A stretch of 58,536 bases of DNA, counting the filler, from Basidiobolus ranarum (taxonomy: Eukaryota): assembly GCA_040143965.1 (NCBI GenBank). It is 2 parts of 2 records of this genome, joined end to end, with 100 filler letters (N's around TTAATTAATTAA, not from the genome) between each part and the next. Parts side by side here need not be neighbours in the genome. Positions count along the whole stretch, not along the records: positions 1 to 29,381 come from JASJQH010000106.1; 1 more part is not named here. One strand, given 5' to 3'. This document shows, one piece after another, positions 1 through 11,793 of the stretch (position 1 is its first letter; every line of letters starts with the position of its first letter). The position numbers and the translations under genes were made by a program. The notes beneath the pieces are model-generated. The model made no database searches. It was not told where the DNA came from and saw only the letters and a list, made by a program, of their open reading frames with translations.

Positions 1-1221
1 CTGGGACCTTCCTTAACATATTCTACACGTTAGTTTGTTTACATCTTGACAAAACTATAAATGTCAACTTTCTACTCAATAAATCAATAAGTGAAAACCA
101 CCAATTCCTCAAATTCTCCAAACCACTTCCAACAGGCTCCCAAATACTTTAACAGCAACCTGACACATATGCTCAGAGCACTAATGCAGTGCACATGCTG
201 CCAACTAACTTTTCTCTCTTGGAATCAAGGCTGTAATATCAGTACGTGACCTATGCTCACTGTCATTATTGTGCAATATCTATTGATATCACTATGCAAT
301 GTTATATTAATGTGTGTGTTAATGTGAATTTGCGCACTGACAGTCTCTTAGCATTGGTGTATATGAAGCCATAAAACCGTATTCTGGACTTATTGACATT
401 AGAGTGTAGCTGAGAGCCTCAAAAAGTCAAATTTGAAACTAATGTAGGATATCACATTGTTGAATATTTCCAGATATATAGTGGCAAATTAAATCATTAA
501 CGTATCTCATATTTTCTTAGTATATAATTAGCTACTTAGTGCAGCATCAGTTTATAATAAGCACGCCGAATCCTTGTTAATTCAAAGCAACTCTTATACT
601 ACAAAACTACAAATATAGTACGCTTCTTTTTAATACCTTCTGGAAGAGTATCCACTGATCCCATTTCACTGGTTCAATTACGCCGGTTCATAGGATAAAC
701 CAACAGAGTTTCAATACAATTAAGCTTTTTATGTTATGCAACACTGAGTGCTACACCGGGGATAAGAGTATTTCATGGAGTAAAAACGTCATCCGTGTCA
801 CAATAAAAAAAAGGTTTGCGGAACTGATTCGCAAATCCAAAACTGATATCAATTGGACAATACTTCCCAAGGGTTAGTATCGCAAATTACCTTGTTAGCA
901 TGCTATTTGCAAGGCTATTTCGGGCATTTCGAGCATCTAAGGCAATACCTCTAAGTCCATATAACTATTGTTCATGATTTTGGCCAAATGTCTGAAAATA
1001 TCTCTTTGGCGAGCGATGGTAGTATGTTATGTACTAACTGTTGCTTAAACAGGACTGTTATGAATCTTTAACTCAATAACTACATTATTTTTCTGTTATT
1101 ACATGCTCAGTCAATACAATATCGTTATAGGTATTCTAAAATAAACAAGAGCTCATCGAAGTAAGATATGAAAAATCCCCTTTATTAAAGAGTTTAATGT
1201 ACGTATCGAGAATGAGCGTAA

Positions 1222-1671
1222 CTATTCCTCAATAAGAGTAGACCCTCCAGGAAACCCAGTCCATTTGGGTAGTTTATCATTCACATCAATTGCTCGGTTT
1301 TCGTAGAATATATGACACTCAGCAGGTAAGTTAGCTTTAGTAGCTCCCTTTTCATCACGCTCAAGTAAACTGTAAGGAACATCCTTAGCAAAGTTAGGGA
1401 TATCACTGTAAACAGGAGACCCGCACTCCCCACAATGATAACGTGAATTATCCTTGGTTGCCTGAACTTGCTTTAAGTCACCATTTTCAACACTTCCACC
1501 AGAAGTGAAACGAAAGTTCTCGGGTTTACTTCCAATATGATGAGCGTAAGGTGCACCATGAAGTCTTTGGCAAATAGTACAATGGCAATTTACATTGAAA
1601 GCCCATGGACCTTTTATTTCAAAGGCATTTTTCTTGCAGAAGCACGAGCCGCTTAGCCAACCCTCAGACAT
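1222..1671 (-). CDS. GFA/CENP-V (Mss4-like) zinc-binding protein
   Basis: 149-aa intronless ORF with the family Cys pattern GSCFC...CHCTICQR...RYHCGECGSP and C-terminal HIFYENR...DKLPK. Confidence 0.9.
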   Translation of the reverse strand: MSEGWLSGSCFCKKNAFEIKGPWAFNVNCHCTICQRLHGAPYAHHIGSKPENFRFTSGGSVENGDLKQVQATKDNSRYHCGECGSPVYSDIPNFAKDVPYSLLERDEKGATKANLPAECHIFYENRAIDVNDKLPKWTGFPGGSTLIEE

Positions 1672-2998
1672 AATTATTAGATAATCGCCACCATTAGAAG
1701 ATTGGAGGCTATTTATTGCTTAATGGCAAGCTACTTTGATCCCTATTTCCCAGGCACAGCATATGTGGAGAGCATGAATTGGTCGAATGTTTTCTTGTTA
1801 ATCACATGAAGTTATAATTAGAACGTAGACCACTTACTCTATGAAGTTGTGATAATTCATAATAAGCTGCGGCAACCTGGTTTGTCTTCACTAATGCTCA
1901 TCTGCCATTAGTGTATGTTACGCCTAACTGCAAGCTGTGTAACCCTCTCTCTTCAAATACCGATAGGATCTAAATCGATTGCTGGATCGATTGCTGGAAT
2001 TTGAGTGTACAGTTATAGAAAAAGGAGGCAGGCTAAGACAGGAATTTTCGTCAGTTCTATTTAGGTGAACTTGTGTTTAGCGTGGCGCCAGTTCTAAATT
2101 GCCAATGGTGAATGTAGCTGAACCAGCTGCGGACTAAAGGTGAAAATGGTTTTGCTTAGAATGTAATATAAATGATATTTTAGTAGTCAACTCTGGCAAT
2201 ATTCACCTTGAATGAATCTGCGAAGCGCTCAATTTAATTATTTCAGATATTTTGTAGCTTCGAGAGGCTCCTTTGGCAGAAAATATGTGGCAATTTTTTA
2301 TGAGCAATCAGTTGGTATTGTTCAAAAGATGTGGTACATAGTAAATACAGCATAGGTATGATTAAGTGTCTAATTGAAGTTGCTATTGAATCTGTTATGC
2401 ATATCTGAACTCAAAATACATCTCAGAGATGCTTAACGATTGGCTTTTTAAATACGATCTCTCTATTCACATATTACAATCTGTCATATGTATCATGGTA
2501 ACATATCTCTAGCAATGGACTGGAATACACAACAATTCAGATAGTATTATGGATATCAATATGCTGAAGAGATTGAAGATTGCCCCTACTGAGAGTGCCC
2601 CTACTGAATTACCAAATGAGTGGTAAATTCAACTTACAATATACTCTGAAGTGAAACAGGGTACATGTTGGAATATAGTGTCTGAATACGCCTAAATATG
2701 CCAAAATACCCAGATTTGTGTAGAGGCACATTTGAGATGATTGCTTATGAATTTCAACATTATTGCGGATAGTATAGGATGGAGACAAATGCAAAATATA
2801 GAAATATTATTTGATTGCTACACCACAGATCTTTATATATGAGACAAGAGATTTTGGGCTGTAATTGATATTCCAAATTGGTATAGCAATTGCTGGTAAA
2901 ATAATGATAGTATGAGGATTTTAATAGTCAGGCGCTTATATCACAAGGGTTAGGGTTTTTCATTACAAGGACCCCTTTAGCTCTCATGATAAAGTTAT

Positions 2999-3082
2999 TG
3001 TGTTGTGTGTTGTATGTCATGTGTTGTGTGTTGTATGTCGTGTGTTGTATGTCATGTGTTGTGTGTTGTATGTCGTGTGTTG
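2999..3082. repeat. 7-nt-period minisatellite (TGTGTTG / TATGTCR), about 12 units
   Basis: Read directly: tgtgttg tgtgttg tatgtca tgtgttg tgtgttg tatgtcg ... Confidence 0.9.
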
Positions 3083-3661
3083 GGTGGTGTGCACATAGGC
3101 AGAGTAAAAGGGGGATGTTTCATGCGCTATCCCTCTTACATACTCATAACTATATGGAAAGGAGAGCGAGAGTGTTTTTGCATTCATGTCCTCAAGTCAA
3201 CCTTCTGACACCCTTTGGCTGATTCTTAACCCCAACCCTAACCATTGAATGCGGGTTAAGGAATAAATAGCCAGAATATCTCATAAATTATCCAAACTTT
3301 CTTCAATTCAATCGGGATCTACTAACCAAAACACTAGATGATTTAAACTAGCGCATAGTTCGAAACGTGACCAATGCTAATTTATTAGAAGCAGCTGATT
3401 TGTCGGATATGACTAGCTCTATATTCTATACCCCAATCCTTCAATTGCAACTTGGTCAATATATTATTGGTGCAAGTTTACCGTGTCTAGGCCTGATTCT
3501 GAAATTCTTGAAACTTACTATTTCGCTGACAACATGCTGGCTAGAATGATCCATATGGTAAGAGTTCCTTACCCTAACCCTTCCATCACTCGTATGGTTT
3601 GTGTGCTTAGTTGAAATATATAAAATCGTTCCATGACTTTGAAAGAAAATCAACCGTCACA

Positions 3662-3856
3662 ATGAATTTCGCTCTTCACCATTTACAATACATCAAACCT
3701 GCTCCTATCGTCACTGGCAACCTTGCTATGACCGGTCTTGGCTCTATGTCCATTGCTTGGTTTATCTCTACCGCATTCAACAGAAAAAGACATGACCAAC
3801 CTTCGAAGACGATACCAACACTGTCGCAAGACTTGCAATCTTATGTCTGGTGGTAG
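3662..3856 (+). CDS. Putative 64-aa single-pass membrane microprotein
   Basis: MNFALHHLQYIKPAPIVTGNLAMTGLGSMSIAWFISTAFNRKRHDQ...YVWW; TATATAAAA at 3617-3625, ACA-ATG context, AATAAA at 3937-3942; hydrophobic segment followed by RKR. Confidence 0.55.
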   Translation: MNFALHHLQYIKPAPIVTGNLAMTGLGSMSIAWFISTAFNRKRHDQPSKTIPTLSQDLQSYVWW

Positions 3857-4382
3857 CCTGCTCGCCAACTCTGCTAATCCTCTTTGTTGGAATCGATCTG
3901 TGCAATATATCTGTACTATAACTGTATTATTGGATTAATAAATCTTATTTAATTCGGAATTTTTGAGGGTTTAGAGTAGGGTTAGGGTTGATAGATATAC
4001 GCAAAAGTTCATACAATCTACACATTCAGAAATGGGCTTCAAGGACCCTTTGTCGAACTATTTTAATGTCTTATATTGGCTTCAGGCACACTCATTTCCT
4101 CTATGATACCGGTCACTGATTTGATATTCCTGATTGTTTACTATTTATAGTTAAGTCACAATGCTCAGCCCAGTAAGTAGTACATGTAACCATCTGTTGC
4201 AAATGTTTCCAACCTTTATAAACACCTGAATCACTCCAAACGAAATTTCTGAGAAAGAAGCCGTGACATTGTATACAAAATCTCAAACTTGTCATGTGGA
4301 GGCTAAGGCGGATATGCTAATAGGATTAAATAAAGATAGAGTGGTCCGTTTCTTCTTTCATTTGCACATCATTCCGGTAAGA

Positions 4383-4595
4383 ATGTCACTTCGTGGATTT
4401 CTTTTCACATTCGGAGTTATTGCTATATTAGCCATGATTGTGTCAGCTTCACCGGAACTGATGGAGTCGGAGGAAATCTCTTCGGAAAATGATGGAATCC
4501 TCAAGTGGCTCGAGTGGGGTCTTCCTACAAAAGAGATTTTGGAAATCTACGATCTTTTCAAAGGAGCAAACTATCTTTCGGAAAATATATTGTAA
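4383..4595 (+). CDS. Putative 70-aa small secreted protein
   Basis: MSLRGFLFTFGVIAILAMIVSA (signal-peptide-like) followed by an acidic segment; TAAATAAA at about 4328, AATAAA at about 4614. Confidence 0.55.
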   Translation: MSLRGFLFTFGVIAILAMIVSASPELMESEEISSENDGILKWLEWGLPTKEILEIYDLFKGANYLSENIL

Positions 4596-5146
4596 CCAGT
4601 AACTTTTGTATTCAATAAATGGAAGGTTGAGACTTTCATTTAAAATATGTTACATGAGATGGATGTTTTACGTGAAACACACACTAATAATCCAGCATGT
4701 GTTTCAAGTAGTTGAAACATACACCTTTTAGTTTCGTCAAGTACGATCCTTTCCAACGAGAATGAATCTCAAATGTACGTCCCAGGCCCTTCCTTTTAGT
4801 ATGCTTTATATGACAGCTATTCTCAGTGATTGTCGGATCATCATACAATGACTTCCCTCGAAATTCCTGATGGTGCTGAGGAATTTGAAGTAAATTCATA
4901 AACAATGTATAGATCAAATGGATATTTCTCACAAGTGAAATCCATCCTAAAGTCGAGGAATAAAAATTTTTTTTTTCGAAAAAAAAATCCCCCATCATAA
5001 TTTGAATGAATAGCCAATTAATCTAGTGGTGGTGACGAATTTTCCCTGTAGAAAGTTATCTTTCAGGTATTATTACTCCTCCTTCTTTTGAGTAAACCGG
5101 GCCTTTTTCTTTTTTCTAAGAACTAGACGTTTTATTTCTGTCGAAA

Positions 5147-6302
5147 ATGGCAACCACTCAATTTCAATGTCGTATGTACGAGGCTCGTTACCCAGAGGTT
5201 GATGACCTTGTTATGGTAAATGTTCGTCAGATTGCTGACATGGGTGCTTATGTTAAGTTGATGGAATACGACAACATCGAGGGTATGATTCTCTTGTCTG
5301 AATTATCCAGAAGACGTATCCGTTCCATTCAGAAGCTCATCCGTGTGGGTAGAAATGAGGTGGTCGTTGTTATGAGAGTTGATCGTGAGAAGGGTTAGTG
5401 ATGGAAGAATTTTCCAACCTCCCTTCCTTTTTAGCCCTACGTTCCCTTCTAACATATGGTGTAAAAATATTCCAAACATAATAGGTTATATTGATTTATC
5501 CAAGAGAAGAGTTTCTCCTGAAGAAGTAGCCAAATGTGAAGAGAAATTCAACAAATCTAAGGCTGTAAGTTTTTTTTTATAAATTGTCTTCATCTTAGGA
5601 AATATCTTACTAAATATTCTCTATCATATATAGGTTCACAGTATCATGCGTCACGTCGCTGAGAAGCAACATCTTGTCTTGGAAGATATTTATCAACAAT
5701 TTGGCTGGCCTCTTTACAAGAAATATGGTCATGCTTATGATGCTTTCAAACTCGCCATCACGTGAGGGACTTTTTGCTTATCAATTACTCGATAGAAGGA
5801 ACTTACTAAGTATATTTTTGTATTTGTGTTTAGTGAGCCTGAGACTGTATTCGAAGGGATTGAAATTGCCCCTGAAGTTAGAGAAGAATTATTGAACAAC
5901 ATCAAACGTAGACTTACTCCTCAACCTATCAAGGTCAGAGCTGATATCGAAGTTACATGCTTCGGTTATGAGGGCATTGACGCCATCAAGGCTGGTTTGA
6001 AGGCTGGTGAGGCACTTTCTACTGAAGAAGTTGGTATCAAGATCAAGCTTGTCGCCCCTCCCCTCTATGTCATGATCACCAACACCTTAGACAAGAATGC
6101 TGGTATTGAAATGTTAGACAAAGCCATTGCTCTCATCGAAGATATTGTCGGTAAGAACGGAGGTAATGTCAACATCAAGATGAAGCCCAAGGCTGTCAGT
6201 GAATCCGATGAAGCTGAACTTGCTGCCCTTATGGCTCGTGTTGAAAAGGAGAATGCTGAAGTATCTGGAGATGACGCCGTTTCCGAGTCTGAAGATGAAT
6301 AA
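5147..6302 (+). CDS. SUI2: Translation initiation factor eIF2 alpha
   Basis: S1 domain with [13 protein letters not shown] (Ser51 site) and [15 protein letters not shown] introns 5394-5484, 5565-5633 and 5762-5833 give a continuous frame. Confidence 0.98.
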
Positions 6303-7281
6303 ATTTGGATTGATTTATCATTCGCACATATTCGCACCAAATTATAATAATAAAAATGAATTCTCCCCAAGTGTAGTATACACTGTTTACAATAGACTGT
6401 ATTTTCATTTATTCATTCAATAAACTGTGACTCTACACATAGTTATCTTTGTTTAGTAATGTTACTGTCATATCATACACATTCATTATGAGTACTTGTT
6501 GTGAAATTATCGGAATCCTATTCAAAAGAGGATTAAAAATTAGAGGAATCTTGAATTTCGACACTTGTGGATAATAATCAATCTTTTGGTATAAACCGAG
6601 TTGGCAAATGCAATGGCTGGATCAAAGTAGGAACCAATGGTCAGCCCATTAGAAGTTGGCACTTTGCTGGAGATGCTGGGGGGAATCATCTCTTCGTTGG
6701 TGGCTCAGACCTTTCTCATGGTCCACCCAACCAAGTCACTTCATACATGACTTCAACCGCTTATGTCCTAAGTAAGGTTGTCAAAAGCATCAGCTGCTTA
6801 CGATACACAACCTCCCTATTCCGTAGACACCATGTGAGATACATAATTGGCCAAGTTTCCCGGCAATCTTCAAAGTTTATTTAAGAGCAATATCAATGGT
6901 AAATAGAATAACGAATCTTCCAATGACCTTTTCCAATCAACAGTCCATCATGTCTTGTTATCATCATTTATACGATCATCGAAGGGATATGATTGGTTAC
7001 AACGCTAGAATCAAGAAGGCCTATTCGCTCCCATAGACTTGACATTCGATATTCCTCGTCACAAATGAGTGATTGATTGGACTAATGTTATCATAGAAAC
7101 CCCAAACAAGAAGGAATCTTTTTTTTTCCACTAATGTAAGAAAAAAAGAAAAAAATCCTTTCAAATTCATAAAAGAAATTCAATTGATCCTAGATTCAAT
7201 CGTGCTCGTCAACTGTTAGTTCTGCTTTTTCAAGTTTATTCTACATACTAGACGAATCGTTTTATATATTTTTAATTCAAC

Positions 7282-9453
7282 ATGCCTAGTATCAAGGATC
7301 CTAAAGCTGAAGCCATGACCGTTGAAGAGACCACAGTTGACCTTAAGGCCAAAAAGGAAAAGAAGGATAAAAAATCCGAGTCCAAAACTCCTGAAAAGAA
7401 AAAGAGATCAAGAGACGAGAAAACTCCCAAGTCTGATAAGAAGTCCAAGAAATCAAAGGACAGCAGTGAGGAGGAAAAAGAAGAAAAATCCTCCAAGAAA
7501 CGCAAGGCCAATGACTCTACTGCAGTAGAAGTCACTGCCAAGCCTGAGGCCGCTAAAGAAGAGTTCGTGATTGAACTTGAGGTTTCTAAAGAAGAGGACA
7601 TAGAAGATACCAATCCTGTCCCTGAAGAACTTCGTTTCTCTACTTACCGTATCTCCCAGAGTACAATTGATGCTCTTACTGCTACTGGTATTAGCTCCCT
7701 ATTCCCTATCCAATCCTCCACATTCGACAAGATTTATGATGGTGCCGATATTTTGGGTAGAGCTAGAACTGGTTCAGGAAAGACTCTCGCCTTTGCTCTT
7801 CCTATGGTCGAACGTTTGAAGGCCGCTGGAATTGACACAAGAAGAGGTAGAGAGCCAAAGATTTTGGTTATGGCACCTACCAGAGAATTAGCTAAACAAG
7901 TAGCTACCGAGTTCGAAAGAATCGGCAAAGAACTCTCTGTTCTTTGTATCTACGGTGGTGTACCATATGATCCTCAGTACTATGCCATGAAGAATGGTGT
8001 TGATGTAGTTGTTGGTACTCCAGGCCGTATTGCCGACCATATCGATCGTGGAAATCTCAAACTTGACCAAATCAACTTCGTTTGTCTCGATGAAGCCGAT
8101 CAAATGCTTGATATTGGTTTTGCTGATGCTATGGAGAAGATTTTGGAATGTGTAAAAGCTCAAAAGGCCGAAAAGACCAACCCTCCCTCTCATCAAACAC
8201 TTCTTTTCTCTGCCACTGTTCCTGAATGGGTTAACAGAGTGGTGAGAAAATATCTTCGCCCCGACCATGCCACTGTTGATCTTGTCGGAGATACCAAGCT
8301 CAAGACTTCCGAGTTCATTTCTCACGTTGCTATTCCCTCTTCATGGCAAGCACGTAAAGACTTCATCGGTGATGTCGTCTCTGTTTATGGTGCTGGTGGT
8401 AGAACCATTATCTTCGTGAACACCAAGGCTGAGGCTAATGAGCTTGTTCTCCATGAGCAATTAAAGCAAGATGCTCAAGCACTTCACGGTGATATTGCTC
8501 AAAGTCAAAGAGAAATCACTCTTAAGGGTTTCCGTGAGGGTAAACTCAAGTGTATCATTTGTACCGATGTTGCCGCCCGTGGTTTAGATATCCCCGAGGT
8601 TGATCTTGTTATCAACTACGAGCCCACACAAGATATTGAATCTTATATTCATAGATCTGGTAGAACCGGACGTGCAGGAAGAAAAGGTATTTGTGTGACT
8701 TTCTTCAAGCCACAAGAAGAACAATGGTTGAAAACTTTGCAAAGACGTACTGGTATGACTTTACAAGTGATTGGTGCTCCTCAACCTGAAGATATTATCA
8801 AAGCTACTGCTCTTGATGCTGCTAAAAACATCAAAGAGGTCTCTGCCAATGCTTTACCTTACTTCAATGCTGCCGCAGAGGAGCTCATCTCTGAGCTTGG
8901 TGCTGAAAAAGCACTCAGTTCTGCTCTTGCATTTATTGCCGGATATTCTAAAGGTGTCAACAGCCGTAGTTTACTCTCCGGTACCACTGGATACACCACA
9001 CTTATCTGTCGTCTTACCTACACAATTCGTTCCCCTGGTTATATTCGTGCTATGTTGAGTCGTCATTTCCCCAAGTTAGGTAATGATGATGTGCGCTTGA
9101 TGAGAATGACCAGAGATATGCAAGGAGTTATCTTTGACGTAAACACCGAACTCTTTGAATTCAAGGAAGATTGTATCTACCTTGGCGGAGACAAGTGGGA
9201 GGATACCACCTCTATTTCCCTTGAAGTTGCCAAAGAAATTCCCGAGTTACAAGAGTCTGAGAATGATTCCCGTGGCGGCGGTCGTGGCGGTCGCGGGGGA
9301 TTTGGAGGTGGTCGTGGTGGAGGCGGCGGCTTCGGTGGAAATCGCTCATTTGGTGGACGTGAGTCTGGCAGCGGTGGTCGTGGGGGTGGACGCGGTGGCT
9401 TTGGTGGCCGTGGGGGTGGTCGTGGTGGAAGAGGCGGTTTCAATCGTCGTTAA
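7282..9453 (+). CDS. DDX21: DDX21/DDX50-like nucleolar DEAD-box RNA helicase (GUCT-type region, RGG tail)
   Basis: 723 aa; ARTGSGKT, PTRELA, TPGR, DEAD, SAT, HRSGRTGRAGR; Lys/Glu-rich N-terminus; RSLLSG...GYTT post-core region; GGRGG tail. Confidence 0.9.
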   Translation: MPSIKDPKAEAMTVEETTVDLKAKKEKKDKKSESKTPEKKKRSRDEKTPKSDKKSKKSKDSSEEEKEEKSSKKRKANDSTAVEVTAKPEAAKEEFVIELEVSKEEDIEDTNPVPEELRFSTYRISQSTIDALTATGISSLFPIQSSTFDKIYDGADILGRARTGSGKTLAFALPMVERLKAAGIDTRRGREPKILVMAPTRELAKQVATEFERIGKELSVLCIYGGVPYDPQYYAMKNGVDVVVGTPGRIADHIDRGNLKLDQINFVCLDEADQMLDIGFADAMEKILECVKAQKAEKTNPPSHQTLLFSATVPEWVNRVVRKYLRPDHATVDLVGDTKLKTSEFISHVAIPSSWQARKDFIGDVVSVYGAGGRTIIFVNTKAEANELVLHEQLKQDAQALHGDIAQSQREITLKGFREGKLKCIICTDVAARGLDIPEVDLVINYEPTQDIESYIHRSGRTGRAGRKGICVTFFKPQEEQWLKTLQRRTGMTLQVIGAPQPEDIIKATALDAAKNIKEVSANALPYFNAAAEELISELGAEKALSSALAFIAGYSKGVNSRSLLSGTTGYTTLICRLTYTIRSPGYIRAMLSRHFPKLGNDDVRLMRMTRDMQGVIFDVNTELFEFKEDCIYLGGDKWEDTTSISLEVAKEIPELQESENDSRGGGRGGRGGFGGGRGGGGGFGGNRSFGGRESGSGGRGGGRGGFGGRGGGRGGRGGFNRR

Positions 9454-9752
9454 ACACCCAACACACCCACTCATTTCCTAGGTTTCAATAATCCGCTAAA
9501 ACCTCTGTAATTTTTGACCTCCGTTATCATAATGATATTTATTTTTTCGTCGTTAATTAAGCGTTGTGTACATTAACATTCCCTCTCTATGACACTTTAT
9601 TCAGCATTTGATAGACTTGATCATACCCCATCTTGGTCATAAACATTCGATTTTGTTCTAATAAATTCATAATTGAATATTGATTTTATTTTTGTAAAGT
9701 TCTTATATCAGTCAAACAGTATGCAACGAATTCAATCTGGTCAGAGTAAAAT

Positions 9753-10631
9753 TTACATGATAGTAGGGGTTAACTTTACATTCTTAAAATAGGTGTAAGT
9801 ATCAACTGGAGTTCTGTATGATGGAGAAGCACCACCAAAAAATGTATGAAATAGTAAACCAGAGATTCTGGAATTTTGCTTAGTTCTGAACACCATTTGA
9901 GTGTAGTTGATTACTAGTTGACCGTCCATCCATACCTTCATCACACCATCCTGTTTTCCAACAGTGTTGAGACGTAGAGATTGACGAACCGTGCTCCATT
10001 TACCCGGGGTAAATTTGAATGAACCACGGGCCAATGAATCACCATATTGTGAGTTGCAAACGCTATCTGGGGGAATATTACAGTATTCAGATGCCTGTTT
10101 ATCCGGGGCGTAGGAATAAATCTCACCTTCACCCCCATTACGCCACATAAATCTGGTGGAAAAGCAACGATTACCATCACGACTGTCCCTAGTACAATCA
10201 CCGGATCCTCCATAGAATCCTGGGAGTTTACCTCCTTGAACAAAATTGAAACCCTTGGGGAAATATACTTGGTACTCCAATGTTGCCTTATCTTGTAGTT
10301 GAACTGGATCCGCATAAAATCCAACTCCACCTTGCTTGCCGGGTGATGTAGGGGTACGACTACCTCGGGGATAGAACACTTGCAAGGCCATATCTGTCCC
10401 GCCTGCAGGATCACGAACAAACTTGTAGTTCTGCTTACCAAAAGAAATCTTTACCAAACCCCAATTATTTAAAGAGGATGAACCTCTGCTGCTCCAATCA
10501 CCAGATGCTCTACGCACTAGGCGAGATGAGTCCACCGTATCATTAGCACCAGCAACATGATATAGGTTGGTGAGGAACAAAAGAATGGCGAAAAGTGTAG
10601 ACCAGCTACGGATTGAATATGAGTTTGACAT
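9753..10631 (-). CDS. Secreted polysaccharide lyase family 14 (alginate/glucuronan lyase-like), copy A
   Basis: Signal peptide and LVRR site; YPRGS, FNFVQGGKLPGFYGG, FSTRFMWR..GEGEIYSY, FHTFFGG motifs typical of PL14; intronless; likely start MSNSYS at 10631. Confidence 0.88.
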   Translation of the reverse strand: MSNSYSIRSWSTLFAILLFLTNLYHVAGANDTVDSSRLVRRASGDWSSRGSSSLNNWGLVKISFGKQNYKFVRDPAGGTDMALQVFYPRGSRTPTSPGKQGGVGFYADPVQLQDKATLEYQVYFPKGFNFVQGGKLPGFYGGSGDCTRDSRDGNRCFSTRFMWRNGGEGEIYSYAPDKQASEYCNIPPDSVCNSQYGDSLARGSFKFTPGKWSTVRQSLRLNTVGKQDGVMKVWMDGQLVINYTQMVFRTKQNSRISGLLFHTFFGGASPSYRTPVDTYTYFKNVKLTPTIM

Positions 10632-11793
10632 TTTTACAGTACTCGGGAGCAATATCCAACGAAAATGATTGTCACAATGAAGAATCCCCACTTAAAGAGT
10701 AGTTTAACGAGTGACTTTACCAGAAAGTCAAGGATGAGTGAATAACTCCAATGGGCGTTACGAACTTTAAATAAGTTTTTTAAGGAGATTTCATAAAGTA
10801 TTGGTATATATTGGATTCAAATAAGGAAGTCAGGGAGATTGCATCGTAGTCATGGGCAACCGGGAAACAAGTTTAGGTTCTACTAATTAAACGGTCTTTA
10901 TCTCTACTTGCTTTGTCCAACCTTTTCATGTATACTGTGATTTGTACGATTCTTGGTATTCGTTGAATAGCTATAGATTACTTTACTTGTGTTACATTTG
11001 GTATCTCCTTTTTGTTGCTGTACATGAACTCGATTGATAAACGCGTGATCTATGAGGTGCAATCAGAGACAATGATTTGAATGTAGCATTCACTTTAAAA
11101 CTCCTTTGTTATATTACATATCTGTCTGAAAATGTCTTTGCACCCTTCATAGGATACAGGCACTGAGAACAAAATAGAGTGTGCTACACCTAGCCCAAGA
11201 TACCATGGAATTCCAGGTGATCTAGCCGTCTCATAAATTAATCATAGATCGATCGATCATTGTCGAAGATGATCAAGCCGAATTGATCACTTGGTTTTCA
11301 TTATTGACGTAGGTAACTTATTAAGACTCCGCCACTGAACAAATATATGTTGAAATGTAAATAAAAGAAATTCTTAAACAGCCCTCTGGTTCACTTTAAT
11401 ATAAAAATGAGTAAACAACTTGGCGTAGAATTACGCGTCAAAGTCGATCTATACCCATGCCACTTCTGTCGGTTACTATAGATCTCGTATAGAATGGCGG
11501 AAATCCAGTCGTTGGTAGTACTAGCAAACAATCGGTATCCACTTTTGGTTAATATTCCCCAAATTAGAATCAATTAAATGGATTTTGAAGTAATAACGGC
11601 ATACCAAAATATATCTTTGCATACGAAAAGTGTTACTCGAAGGGTATTACAAGGATATGGAAATGAAAAAGTGGTGGATTTTGTAAACAACAAACTGGAA
11701 GATATCAGTTCGACCTTGAGTATATAAGCATGTGGGATATCTAGGACAAAAGTAAATAGAAACTTCCAACTATTTTATTATTGTTGATCAATT

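Noticed and set aside
2986-3222. Cys-rich metallothionein-like ORFs (CCVLYVMCC...)
   Set aside because: They are translations of the 7-nt minisatellite in two frames
9177-9443. Pro/Arg-rich minus-strand ORF and other long antisense ORFs (e.g. 7272-7613, 52008-52385)
   Set aside because: Shadows of the sense-strand coding sequences
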